NCBI GenBank assembly: GCA_030770535.1 | Contig: JASVEC010000015.1 | Coordinates: 434,001-498,000, forward strand | DNA from: Batkoa obscura | Taxonomy: Eukaryota | Direction: 5' to 3' | DNA length: 64,000 bases | In this document: in pieces, positions 28,064-41,700 of the stretch | Layout of the letters: each line of letters starts with the position of its first letter | How positions within the stretch are numbered: position 1 is the stretch's first letter | Notes under the pieces: model-generated | Databases searched by the model: none | What the model saw: only the letters and a program-made list of their open reading frames with translations | What the model was told of the DNA's origin: nothing | Translations under genes and position numbers: made by a program

Positions 28064-28706
28064 AGTTAGGCTGTTTTTTTAGCTATTTTAGTATATTTAT
28101 GAATTGAATTGTTTTAAAAAAAAATCAAAAAATCAAAATTTTTAAATATTTATTTTACTAGTTTTCAACTTCTTTAAAACTAAAGGTTTTTTAATTAAAA
28201 TTTTATCGAATTATTTAAAGCCCTTATCTTGTCTACTAGACTATGGACCTCATAAAAATTACAGAGATTCATAGTTTAACCCTTCCAGTGAAAATTATCT
28301 CCCCTTTAGTTGTCACTCTTATTATTATATGAACTCCATTTGGAGAACAGAGCTAAAATAGATCTTATTTTATTTCACTATTTCTTCTAAAAGTAGGTAA
28401 ATCCTGAGTTCGCTTCCTACCTTATCAGACTGTTCCTATTAATACCTTTATCCCTTGAATTCACTAATTTAAACATTTTGCTTTTATTTAGTTACTAAAA
28501 CACTTGGGACATCAGCTTTTCAAGAGTAATAAAAATTAATGACTATTATAATTTTATATTTATAAACATAAATATATTAAAAAATAAAATAAAATAAAAT
28601 ACTATTATTATTAATCTAATTTAATTTAACAATTTAATAACTAATAAAAATAAAAAATAAATCTATAATTTAATCTATAATATCTATATATTTAAATATA
28701 AAAAAG

Positions 28707-31478
28707 TTATGGAATATTATCCAATACCTTAATTAAACCGTTCACATTTATCTGTTTAATATTTTGATTATTTTTAAATTCATTAATATTTTTTTTAAGT
28801 TGATTAAATTGATTATAAAGTGCTTTGGATAATCCTAACATAAAAGAAAAGGAATTAAAAAACAATTGTAAATCTTCTTGATTTAAATTGAATAATGGAA
28901 TCGATTGATCTTTGACTATAAATAAATCAATAAGTGAATTTTGAATTGGTATTAATATATTATCAATGTTTTCGAATCTAACGATATGAAGCCATAATTT
29001 AATAATTACCTATAAAATAAATCATAAGTTATATATTAAATAAAAGAAATACTTACTTTATTCATTTCATTTGATGATTTATTTAATAAATTATTAGTTA
29101 ACAACTTCATCAATTTAATAATCCAATTTGAAATAATTTCATTTTTTTCATTGTAAACTTGAAATAATTTAATTGTGCCATTAAAATCAGGATGAGATTG
29201 TAGTTGAATTATTTTACTCAAAAACCGAATACATTCATATTGTACTTGAGTATTTACACAATAAATTGAAAAATCAATTATAGCCTAATTATTATTATTA
29301 TTGTTAGCATTGTATTATTATAATGTATTAACATCTATATTTATACTTATTACCTCCAATAAAATCCCAATTGTTTTTTTATCTCCTGAATTTAGAAACC
29401 AAGCTAAAGAAGGTAAAATTGAATTAAAATAATTTAATGAAATATTTTGTATTGAATCTTTTTTATAACTTAATATAGTTAATAAATGTTCAAATATACG
29501 TTGGAATAATTTAGAATCCACTTCTTTATAAATTAATAAATATAATCCAGAAATTTCAATGACTATTATATTCATTTCTAATATAATTGTTGATACCTAA
29601 ATATAGAAGTTTAGAATTAATTTTGTTAGAATAATATCACAATGAATTGAACTTACTCTTGAATCTTGTGACAATGACATATCCGAAGCAAATGGGAAAT
29701 AAGGTAATACAAATTTTTTTAAACTTGAAAATTGTGTTGATAAATTCTATATAAAATACAAATAAATTAATTAATTATAATAAAATATTAATTAAACTAA
29801 ATTAAATTAAACTTACTTTAAAATCTTTAATTTGATGAATTTGATATCTCCAAATCCATAAAATTAATTTTAATATATAATTTAAACATTTTAAATCTTC
29901 CGAATAATTAATTCTGGTTGTATTAATTAATACATTCGAATATGTTTCTACCCAAAAGGACATTAAACTTTCATATAATGTTGGTATAGACTAAATAAAA
30001 TAATCAATAAATCAAAATTAATTATTATTAGATAAATGTTATAAATTACCTCAATTATTAAATCTTCTTTTTTTAAATCTAAATCATTTAAAAAATTGCT
30101 ATTATTATTAATTAAATATTCAAATCCCATATAAATGGAAGATTTCAAATAATCTTGTTCTATTATATTAACTTTTTGTTGATTTTGGTATTCATTTAAT
30201 ACTAATTTAATATTTTTTTCATTTAAAAAAGATTGTAAATACCAATCTCTATATAATAATAATAATAATAATAATAATTAGTAATTAACTTTAAAATTGA
30301 TAGTCTATTAAAGTTACTCGCTCAATGCATCTTGACTTAATAAATTTAAATAACTTTCTAAATTTTCTAACATTTTAACTCTTGACTAAATAAATAATAT
30401 ATTAAATATAATATAAATATTAATTAAGATATTAATCAAAGTTACTTTCTTAGACCAAATTTGACCTTTAGCCTTTGAAAATGAATCTGAAATTAATTTT
30501 AATAAAATTCTCTTGAAATTTAATATAAAATATTACCTTTTTCATGGGAAGCTTTAGTAATGGAGCCAATTTTTAATAATTGAAAAAAATTAGGAAGAAT
30601 CTAATTAAAACTAATATTAACTTCAATAAAAAAACATCTTAATTTTTCTTACTTTGTCATTATATTTCTTAGCTAAATTAACATCTAATTTCAACCAAAA
30701 GGTTAAAAATAGCATAGCATCTTCACGTATATCTTCATATAAATGAGTCATTCCATTACAGGTATATAGTATTAATTTATCTAAGTAAGGAGCTATTGTT
30801 TCCTTAAATAATATAAATTCCATCTTCATTATAGTAATGATAATAATAATTTACTTTTTTAATTGAACTGATATTTTCTTCACATAATTCTAAGCTTAAT
30901 TTTCGAACAGTTGGATCCTTTTAATTTAATCTTATTTAAACTTATTCAATATTTAAAATAAATAGATTACTTCATCTAACATCATTCGACAGATAATGTC
31001 CGTTAAATCCTTTATATAAACCAATAATAAAACTTGATGATTATTTAATAATTCTTTAATCCCAAGTACAGCATCTAAAATAGTTTCATCAGAAAATAAA
31101 AATATTTGTAAAAATCATCTTATTTTACCTTTTCTTACATTAGCATTATTATGTTTTAACTGCAAAAACAATTCTTTAATAGTTAAATTCCTTGATGTGG
31201 TTATCTGTTGACTTTTATCCAATGTAACGGATTGATTAGGTAAGGAGATGGCTATATATAAAAAAGTATCAATTATCATTTAATTGTAATAAAATAAAGG
31301 GTATTTTTACTTTTTGATTTAAATGAAGTATCCGTATGATTCTCAGCAAACCCTTTCTTTTTACCAACTTTTAATTTAGGTTTCTATATTTAATATTAAT
31401 ACTTATCAATACTATTATTTATCAGATTTCATTTACTTTAAAGTCTTCCGATTTTTGCTTCTTTTTACTTTTACCCAT
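28707..31478 (-). CDS. IPI1: Rix1-complex subunit Ipi1/TEX10, multi-exon
   Basis: MGKSKKKQKSEDFK|KPKLKVGKKK...NHTDTSFKSK..ISLPNQS, LQLKHNNANVRKDAVLGIKEL and TCNGMTHLYEDIREDAMLFL. The 3' exons and stop are less certain than the N-terminus. Confidence 0.88.
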
Positions 31479-31965
31479 TCTTATTTTTTGATTGAAAATT
31501 AATAAAAAATGAAGTTTAAAAAAATTTTAAATTTAGATTTCAATAAAATTAAAATACAACTATTCTATCAAATTGTGGATTATTTACTCGTATATTTAAT
31601 AATAAAATAAATGCCAAAATTTAATTAAAATAAAAGATTAAGGTTTAAAATATTTAATTACACAAATTAAACAACTATAAAAAATACCACCAACTACTTT
31701 ATAATAGAGATGAAGTAACTTAACTAATTTAATAATCTAAAACTATCTAACATTTGAAGTTTATATAGCTACAATAATTTTAAAAATGGGAGGATTTGAC
31801 TAGAAAGTAACTTACTATAAAATAAAAGCTATCTGATTCCTGCCAATACGTAGTTTTTTTAACAAAAAAACAGAATAATAAAGATCTATTATATCAAATT
31901 CTTTAAAACTTATAAAACTAAAAACAATTATTAATGATATAACTATTGTAAGTAAAAGTAAAAGT

Positions 31966-32022
31966 AAAAGTATCTTGAAATTATATAGTAATTAAAAATT
32001 GAACATTTAAAAATCATATTAA
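31966..32022 (+). pseudogene. DHFR relic (recognisable core; probably extends ~31730-32260)
   Basis: Ungapped 57-nt alignment to DHFR 1058-1114 (RVSWECVPIKYRPFRNRIN) with 42 matches. Same strand and same position relative to an IPI1 start as the intact DHFR. Confidence 0.65.
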
Positions 32023-35000
32023 AAGTAATTTTTAATTTTTAAGTAAAAGGCTAATAAAGTTGGTAAATTACAATAATAAAATAATTAATTATAAGATATC
32101 TTGAAGAAAAAGTTATAAATAGCTTATATTTTTTTCAAGAATATTTCAATAAACTGCAAAAAAAAACAGAATAATCGACCAAAACAAAAATAAACAAAAA
32201 ATCAAAAGTTTACAACAATGAATCGAGTAATTTTTGTTATTAGAATCTCATTACTTGTTTATTTTTTGAATTATTATTGAAAGAAATTTAGCTGTATGTT
32301 CAAATCTACTTAGAAATAGATCTGGTAGGTTAAAAATGCTGTATCTTTTGTGTTTAAATATAAATTTAATATTTCAAATTTAGGTGTTTAATTCATGATT
32401 CCATTATATTGTTGATGCTAACTTTGAGACTATCAAACTTTTACTTTTAGAACATTAATTGTTTTCTAAAAAGATGAAGTTTATTGCTTTTGATAATTAA
32501 GTTTTTTTTGATAAAGAACTGGTTTTAACCTTATTGAAGATTAAAGCATGAATTAAAAAAGGGTACAAATCAAAGTATAAGCCCAGATTCCATCTTTATG
32601 AAATTTTAAACTAATTTTTAATATTTTTTAAAATCTTTATTTAATCTGATCTTTAAAATTATTTTATCTTTGAGTAAAAAAATTCAAAATTCAAAATTCA
32701 AAATAATGATTAAGAATTTTGGAGATTTTAAAAAGATGAAACTTCTTTGTTTTAACTATAATTCATTAATTTATTAATTTATTAAAAAAGTGGTTTTATG
32801 TTGTATAATAAAAGTATATTTTTTATCCTGTTGTAAGAGCGTAAACCCCTAAATAGTTTATTATCAAAATAAATTATCTAGCTGAGTAATTAGATAAATA
32901 ATAGAGCATTACATAACATAATATTAAGCTACAAAATAAACGTTTAAGTGGTTAAAATAATTTAATAAATAATGATGATTTTTTATTCTACAACTTTTTT
33001 GTCTATTTTCCAATTTTAAAGGACCAAAGTCCAGCCTCAGTTTACTTAATAACTCAATAACCTTGTACAAAGTTGAATTTAAAGCAACTAAGCTTACCTT
33101 ATCAAAAGCAAAAGCGGGTACTTCAAAATTGAAGTATCTTCTATCAATCATCTTATTAATTAGTTGATCTTTTTTCACTTTCCTTATGCACCACATCTTA
33201 CCTTTAACACCCACTCTTCTAGTCATCTTCTTTATATTTACTTTTGATAATAAAATAATTGGGAGTTCCTTAAATCATTTCTAAGTTTTTCTTAAAAAAT
33301 AGGACTAAACTAATTTATATCTTCACTGAAAATTAATATCATTTTAGAGTTGTAGAGAGGTTTTTCTATTTTTTAAATTTTGAACCTAAAAGCGCAAATA
33401 TATTTATTAAATGTTAGTAATATTAAGATAATTCGTGTGATTAGCGAGCAAGAGAGTGATCCCTTTAGAATTGATACCTAAGTAATTGATTGCTCAAAAA
33501 ACGCCATCCGCTCAGATAATTTATCACTTAATGAAAGATAATATGCCAAGAGGTCGGACCCAGGTTTTTTTAACTTATTCTATTTTTTACTTTTGAGATT
33601 AAATTGTTGAGTTTTAGCGAATTTTTGCTAATTTTCGTTGATTTATGTATATTTTAGTTAATTTTATAAGCCTTTTTTTTCTAATTTGTCAAATTTAGGA
33701 AATTTTAAAGTTAATGATCACAATTTTAATAGTTACTTTAATAAAACAAAATTCAATAAAAAAATAAACTTTTATTATTTATTATAAATTAAACAATAAA
33801 CCGCCAAAATTATTCTCATTGTACAATTTTAATATATTAAATGATCTTTAGTTTAGTATTATTCTCGTTTATTTATTTGAAATATTTTGACTAAAAATCT
33901 AATAAACGTGTTAAATGAACCAAATAAAAACTGTATCAGATAAAAATTTATTCAAAAGAAATATACTTTGAGATGATAGTATATATTATAAACTAGCTAG
34001 AATGAAAAATGAATTGGGCCCACTATCAATTGTCTCACATAAAATTAAAATATTTTTGTGACCATTTTTAATATATTAATTGATCAATGTAGTTACTATT
34101 ATATTTAAAGTTGATATTGTCATATTTCGATAATATGCACGGAGTTCAATAAATTTGGGAAAAATAAGAAATCAAGAGATGGAGTTTCAATCAGTTCTTA
34201 TAATAGTAAAAGTAATAAACTTTAAAATGCAATATAAATCTTCTTTAAAACAGAACACAACCTAAAAAATTAATAAACAATAAATCTTAAATGACACTTG
34301 ATACTATCTCTAGATAAAAGAATTGGTTTACTTCATTTATTCGATTCCAATGTGTGATCGCACCACCCTCTACGTGTAATAATAATATTACTAATCATTA
34401 AGATAACATAATATTGAAAAAAAGTTTCTTTAGCTTATTGTACTTATATAGTAGTAGGATGTCCAAAACAATAATTGAATTTTTAGAATAAATAGAACCG
34501 AATCAAGATGACTCAAGTGAATAATTTTTACAATGTTACACGATAACTTGAGACATCACGGATATAAACATATTTGGTGAAAAAGTGCCATTTTGACTAT
34601 GGTATTTTTAATTTAAACTAGTGAGCTAAACAGAGAATAAGTTTACTGCAAAAAGCTATAATAAAACTTAAAATTTATCAAAAATTTAAGTAAGCTTAAA
34701 ATTCAGTTAGTTTTAAATTAAATTAAATTTTCTTATTATCAGTATTTTGATACTACTAACTTTAAAATAATTTATATAATGGAAAGGTCTAATATAAAGT
34801 TAAGTAATATGATATCAATATTAAAAGGAGAAATTATTACTATTATTCTTTATTTCAAATAAAGTTAAATGTAGCCTAAAATATTCTGAAATAAAAAAAT
34901 ATCTTGAACAACCCCAAATATTGAGTAAAATGTGATAATGTCATAGATAAAGAATGATAATTTTCTTCATTAAATATACTAAACATGGAATAAAGAATAA

Positions 35001-35386
35001 GCTGATACACTTCCATAAAAGACTTGAAGCATAAATAAATATTTTTACCATCCACTAAAGTTATCCAATGATAGCGACTAATGCCTATTTTAATGTTCAA
35101 TTTAGATTGAATATAATTAATAATAATTTTCCTTTGATTTGATGGAATTATAGGCTCCATGGTATACTATATCATATTTTAACAATTGACCAACTTGTTA
35201 CAATAGCCGAATCATCTTTATGCAAAGATATTTTAAAACTAAACTAAAATAATCTAATAAAAAACTTAAATATCCGCCAAATAGATTTTATTACTGCAAA
35301 ATATAGAAAAGGGGTGTGAAAGGAACAAAATTTATATTATTTTTCAAAAAGAAATTAATTAAAAGTTTAACATGATCGTAAGTTAT

Positions 35387-36316
35387 CTATAGCTGAAACT
35401 GTGTAAAAGTGGGAAGTTTGTCATCATCTATACCAGAATTTTCGGGGTGAAATTGAAAAGATAGAGTTTGTTCTTTGTGAAGAGCCTTAACAAATCCTGA
35501 TTTGTATTTCTTGACTAATCCAGAGTCAGTTTGTTGATAAGAATGTTGAAGTATTTCATTCAAACTCAAAAAGGGTTCCGAATCAAGTGCCAATTGAGCT
35601 TTAGTCGATATATCTGGGGAGTCTAAGATATCTTTACTTAGCTTTTTAAACTTAGCAACTAAAGATTTCCATTTATTTTTACATCTAGATAACGATCTTT
35701 CATAGCCTTGTCTTTTCATTTCTAAAGATAATTTTTCCCATACTTCAGGATGTTTACGCATCTCTTTCATCTCTTTTTTATACTTTAGTATAGCACTAAC
35801 AAAATGTTGAGTCTCAATTGGGCTCCAGTTTTCCGCCCTTTCTCTTATACTTTCTTGCATTTGGATTATACTTTTACTTTCAAGTTCCATATTCCAACCT
35901 CCCTCTTTAGCATATTTATTATGCTGATACTTCGAGTTGTAGTTTTCTAGCTTTTGCTGGTAGTCTAAAGTCATATCCTCCATCTCTGGAGAAATCATAA
36001 GATCATTGCTTTCATTACCTTGGCTCATATAAGCGCTTATAGGTACCATCTGTGCTGGAGGAATCCATAATGGATTTGGATCGGAATGGTCGAGCTGAAC
36101 TGGAGATTGAGAAAAAGAGGGTTGAGGTACACTACTGTAGACCTCTTCTTGGTACGCATTATAATGTTGTAGATTATAGTTAAAATTATTCATCATCATA
36201 TGTGAGCTCATATCGTTATCTACTAAGTAGTTCGAAGGGTAATAATAGCCTTGGCTCATTGCTTCGCTTGTAGTCATCGTTTGGTTATTATGATTCATAA
36301 TCTTTGAAGGATCCAT
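35387..36316 (-). CDS. Trihelix/Myb-SANT-like DNA-binding protein, intronless
   Basis: NWSPIETQHFV...VWEKLSLEMKRQGYERSLSRCKNKWKSLVAKFKK shows the three-Trp trihelix pattern; the N-terminus is M/Q/N/Y-rich. Confidence 0.88.
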   Translation of the reverse strand: MDPSKIMNHNNQTMTTSEAMSQGYYYPSNYLVDNDMSSHMMMNNFNYNLQHYNAYQEEVYSSVPQPSFSQSPVQLDHSDPNPLWIPPAQMVPISAYMSQGNESNDLMISPEMEDMTLDYQQKLENYNSKYQHNKYAKEGGWNMELESKSIIQMQESIRERAENWSPIETQHFVSAILKYKKEMKEMRKHPEVWEKLSLEMKRQGYERSLSRCKNKWKSLVAKFKKLSKDILDSPDISTKAQLALDSEPFLSLNEILQHSYQQTDSGLVKKYKSGFVKALHKEQTLSFQFHPENSGIDDDKLPTFTQFQL

Positions 36317-39300
36317 TCAATATATTTAGCGTATAGATTATAAATTAACAATAAAATAAAATAAAAAATAAAAATAATAGAAATTGAGAAATTTAATTTA
36401 ATTTATACTTTATGCTAACTTTTGCACAACCTTTTTTGATTTTACTTTTCATTAAAGCTGTTTTTAATGTACCAATAAAAGTAAATTAATAAAAATTCGG
36501 ATTTTGTAAGGCATTAAAGCCTAACTTTAAAAATTTAGTACTACCTTCACCTCATCACCAATTGTTTCCCACACAGCCAGGTATTTGTATCTTTGATTTT
36601 GTAGTTTAATTTCAGTACGCTAATTCATTTATTATCAATAGCGGAACCCTGAGGATTCGATATAGCATAGTAGTTCAACCACCATTACATAAATAAATAT
36701 GGGACTCTTTATCTATAAGTTACACCAATTGGACCATTATTCCACCGGCTTCGAATAATTTATGCTCAATACAGTAATATAATATTTCTATTGTTTTTGA
36801 GGTCAAGCCTTATTTTACAGTACCCTTAGCTTATTCCAAATTAAATAAGCTTATTTTTATTCGATTTGATTGGTTAGTGAATTTTAACTTTTCATTCATG
36901 GAAACAAACGAAGTTGCCTTTTATAGCTAGAAACCGGTCCTGGTTGAATCATTCAAAACATTATCAAGTGCAAATAGTGCCTAAAGATAAGTTAATGTAT
37001 TACTTCTGTATACTATTTTAAAATTATTCTCGAATTTAGGAATATGTTTCTAGTTGCATAACTTGCTTTAATTTCTCCTTTCAGCTTAACAATATGTAAA
37101 GAAGAGGGGATAGGTAGCGACAAATAGATATGACTGAGGTGTTTAATATATTAAAAATAAAGCATTGGATTTCATAAGCCATAGATTAGGCAACTTGTAG
37201 GTGATAGTAACTTTAAATGCTTATAAAATAAACATTTGCAGAATTGGTTTCAAACAATTAAGGTTCTAATGAGACTAACTACGAAAGCTTAGTATAAATT
37301 TAAAACAAAAATATTATTGCTAAAGGAATAACGAATATATTATAACTAAAAGATTTCATTCTAATTTTCTATAAAGAAATCACTTAACAAATAAAAAATT
37401 CTCATTTTTAATCACACTTAAGTTATTTTATATGATGTATGTCATTTATTCTAGTAGCATCTAAAGCAAAGAACAAGAAAACTTTATTAACATTAAAACA
37501 ACTTTTAATCATTACAGTATGCAAATAATAAAAAAGATATGGTATATGGTATTTTGATTAACAACATGCTTTTACATTATATTTTTTGTACAATGTATTG
37601 AGTGTGGTGAAATCAAATTAAAGTTGTTTCAACTGAAATAGAACAAACTTCTAATGTATTGGTGAAACAGATATTACAATTAGCTTAATTTAAAATGGTA
37701 ATATAGTTATTATGGTATAATAAGCCTTTGAAGTGAATTAATGATCATATCCCATGAAAGAATATTGTTGTATAATTAAAAAATTAATATTTATTTATTT
37801 CATGTGTATATTAATGTTGATTTATTTTTATTTATATATATATTAAATGAATACTATACTGATGGTTGTGTAATTTTTCAACTTTCTTATCACGTTATAG
37901 TTATTTTTTGCTCGCTAGTAAACACTAATAAGATAATAGATTTAGAATTGTAAATAGATGAAATAGTAAACTTTGCATTAATGGCTTTGGTGTGAGAAAA
38001 AATTGTGTTATTTTAATAAACAGGGACTTGCCTGCTTTGTAATATCTATGTTTAGCATTGAGGTTTAGTTCCCATTTTTTAAAACATCAACAATGGATAA
38101 TGTCGTTATATTAAAATTTCGGGGTACCTGCTAAAAGTAGCAAACTTTAGGTATTATAATAAAAATTCAAGCCATAATTGAAGTGAATTTAGAGGCTTGC
38201 TATCTATAAATTATATTTGCATTAGTAAAATTATTGATAGGTCGTTTGATTTTAAATTCAGCTCAATGTAGTGATGTTTATTAATCACTCTACTTTTATA
38301 AACTATACTTCCACCAAAACTGACTAATATTGTTATATTACTACTGTTCATTACTTCCAAGAATTAAATGAATAAATAAAGTTGAATTATATTTACTAAA
38401 CTTCAGGTTTGGATATTATAAATGTAAAACTATACAAATTAATTTGAACTTTTGTAAAAAACACTGGTAGCATTTTAATGCACATTATTGATACCACTAA
38501 AATTAAATTTAAGAAATTAAGCTTTAGTGCATCAATTTTATAAAAAGACTATAAATGTCAAGTTATCGTTTGACTATAATTTCTTTAATAGGGTATTCTT
38601 TTTCTAAATTTGTGTATTTCTACTTTTTATTTTGCTTGAATATGCAAAATTTGTTTTGGATTTTGCTATGAAACAAAGTATTCTATTTTATAATTACACT
38701 AATTTAATACATCTCTGAATTTCCTGATTATTTGATTGATGAAATTAAAATATTTACACTTAAATACTTATATTTTATAAAAAAGATGTTTAAGTAGGTA
38801 TTTTTTTAATACAAATTAATTTCATAGATTACAGTAAACACTGTATAGATAAGACACTTTTTAAAAAGTTGAAATATTTAAAGACATCTAAGTGTTTTAT
38901 AGAAAAAAGTAAAGTAATATTGCCTCAAAATGAAAAGGTAATTAAAGAGAATAAGATATATAGGCAGATAACTAATAGGCTATAGGATAAAACCCTAATT
39001 TCTAGGCATCTATTTAATCATGGATAGCTTAAACTTTGTGAATCTATACTCAATTCAGTAGAGACATATCTAAAAATGGAACAGGAAGGTATGAGGTAAG
39101 GAAAAAATATAAATATCATATGTTAATAGTTTAATATTGTAAAGATGGGTGCCTCACAGGGAAGTTATAGTGATAAAAATCAAGAATAGGTGAAATGAAA
39201 TAGAAGGCTACTGAAAGCTAGTTATAGGAAGGATTAAATTTAAATAAGTTAAAAAACCTTAACAAAAGAAGCATAGTATATCATTCTAGGATCTTTAAAT

Positions 39301-41700
39301 GGAAGTCTAATGACGAAGTTGTGAGCACTGTTTTTTTAATGTTGTCATAGGATAAACATTAAGAGAAAAGTTTTAAAATTTGACAGTCTAAGGTTAAATG
39401 TGATCAGAAAACTTTTACATTAAAAAACAGTAATAAATTTCGGGTTAAGAAACTTAGTTTTCTATAAAGCTAATAAATCAAAGTCTAATAAGCTCAGGAT
39501 GTAAAAAAATGTCATAAAGGTGCTTGTTTAAGCAAAGAGGAAAGTAAGACATAGCACTAAAGAAAGAACTTAGGAGTATCCTCTTATTTTATTATTTTTT
39601 TCCACTTATTATTTGGCGTTGGAGCTGGATGATCTATTGGTTAAATTTTTAAAGGATATTTTATGTTAAATCCTTTAAGCATATATGAATTGAAAAATTA
39701 GCTTGTATGATAAAAATATAGCTTACATGCTTTAATGCTTAAACAGTATAGGCTATTTTTAAACAACTATATTTCATATTGTGCTCTTAGAGAATCGGTA
39801 AGGATAACCCGATCATAGTACTTAAGCTAAGTGTAAAATATATAGCGGTCATGCAAAATTAACAATATAACAATATTAATTCAAAACATTTTGAAGTTAT
39901 ATCAAGTAATAATGTTTTGAAAATCGTAAACTTACTATATATTTTTAAAATGATGTTCCGTGGATAACTAAATATATTTTTTGCAATGATAAAAGTTTGA
40001 ATAAAATCACAGCATAAAATTGACAAAGTGAAAATCTGTAGATAAAACCATATAGATATTAAATATATAGAAAATAATTTATGTTATGTGGCTATTAAAC
40101 AATTTTAATTTAATAGGATATGATATAAGTTATTATCCTATGGATAATCATTTGATACGTTACATAATAATTTTAATAATAGAATACTGTTAGAATTTAA
40201 ATAAATTATGATATAAAAAAGAGCACATATACATTTTACAAAAATTTAGATTACTTATATCTAAAAGTAATTTATTTAAAAACAAGTTATTAAAATCAAC
40301 AATCATATACAAAATATTAGCACTATTTTAGAAAATTCCAAAAAAAGTGTTATAATTGAATGTCAACCCAATATCATACATCATTGCAATATATGCTGTC
40401 AAGCTTAATCAATTTAGTTAACCATGTAATAAACTAAATTCTCGTTAACAACTAATCAATAAGTAAAGTTTTGATAAGTAGCAGTTTATTTATTGCAATT
40501 TATTTTGTAATATTTTATTTTCTTTAGAGAAATTAAAGCCTTTATAAGGCTTTTTATAGAAAGGAGATTGTAAGCGAAGACGATAGATTGTAGAGGAGGA
40601 TAATTGGTAATAAATGAGGATAATAGAAAAGTTTAAAAGTGGATTAGTTTTTTAATAAATCAAGAATGACAGAAGATTTAGACGAATATAAAATCAATGT
40701 TTGTATTATTATTTCGGGGTATTCTTTTAACTGCATTCATTTGTTCTTTAAATACTATTGAGTGTAAGGTTTAGTATAATTTTGGGCAAAAAAAATACTT
40801 GTATAATAATTAAAAGCTAATTTGAGCAACATAATGAATTTGAGTATTTAAACAGAATCAAAACATTATACTTTAGTATTAGCTTAATTTAAGAAATATA
40901 ACATACTGTTTGCATTTTTGAATACATTGGCCAAATATATCATAGCTTAAAGTTATTATCTGAATGCTTTTTACTTAGCCTTAATAGGTTGGTGTAGAAT
41001 TTAAAGCCAAAGAGTTTTTTTGTAAGGATAAATCCTGCCGCATTAAGCTTTTAGTTAAAATAAGCCAGAATATCACTAAAGTATTTGGAACCAATTACAT
41101 TACTGCAACCCTGTTGTGACCAAATTAATGTCCATTTAAGGATAAAATCCTATTAAAATCAGTTCAAAAATTATTGGTTAAGTCTTTAAAAAACAAGCAA
41201 ATAAATAGTTGGGTCTAAAAATTGTGCAAATTAGGTCGTAATAGGGTTGAAGCAGCTCTAATATTCCCCCTGTTCCGAAAAGACATCCGATTATCACTTA
41301 AGCCAACCAAAACTCTATCGGATTTAAAAAATGATTCCTAAACTATAATGACAAAATTTTGTATTTAGATTGGTATAGTTAAAAGTTTAATGACTAGATA
41401 AAAACCTGTAAGCATCAGGTTTAGTAAATATTTGTAAGATTAATTAATTGGACTTTTAGTAAATTTTAATTATACTAACTTAATTATAAATTTTTGTTAA
41501 AATGAAATTAGTTTTTAATATGTCGGATTCCAGATGATTTAGAAAATAGTTAGATGTTCTTTTTGGACAAAGGAAGTACAGTTTAACAACCACAACTCAA
41601 CAAGAATTAGTATGGCGGATTTTTTATAGTTTTCTCCGAAATGTAAAAAATATAAATTGGGTCAGAAAAAATCAAAAAATCAAAAATCAAAAATCAAAAA

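Noticed and set aside
32924..33226. 100-aa minus-strand ORF with AFDKV (RT-like), or a PCF11 relic
   Set aside because: One short motif only; no convincing alignment to PCF11 and no other RT motifs.
34876..35160. 94-aa ORF faintly like an integrase zinc-binding region
   Set aside because: The His/Cys ligands are missing and no supporting pol sequence lies nearby.
35549..35572. FLSLNEIL in the trihelix TF as an eh1 motif
   Set aside because: It lies where trihelix domains have a conserved PF..L..IL helix, so it is probably structural.
38900..39590. Possible LINE reverse-transcriptase relic (MGASQGS, LRLN, KNLGV)
   Set aside because: No YADD motif, the fragments are in broken frames, and a GT-AG intron-like segment precedes the QG motif. 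It may be a decayed gene but cannot be identified.
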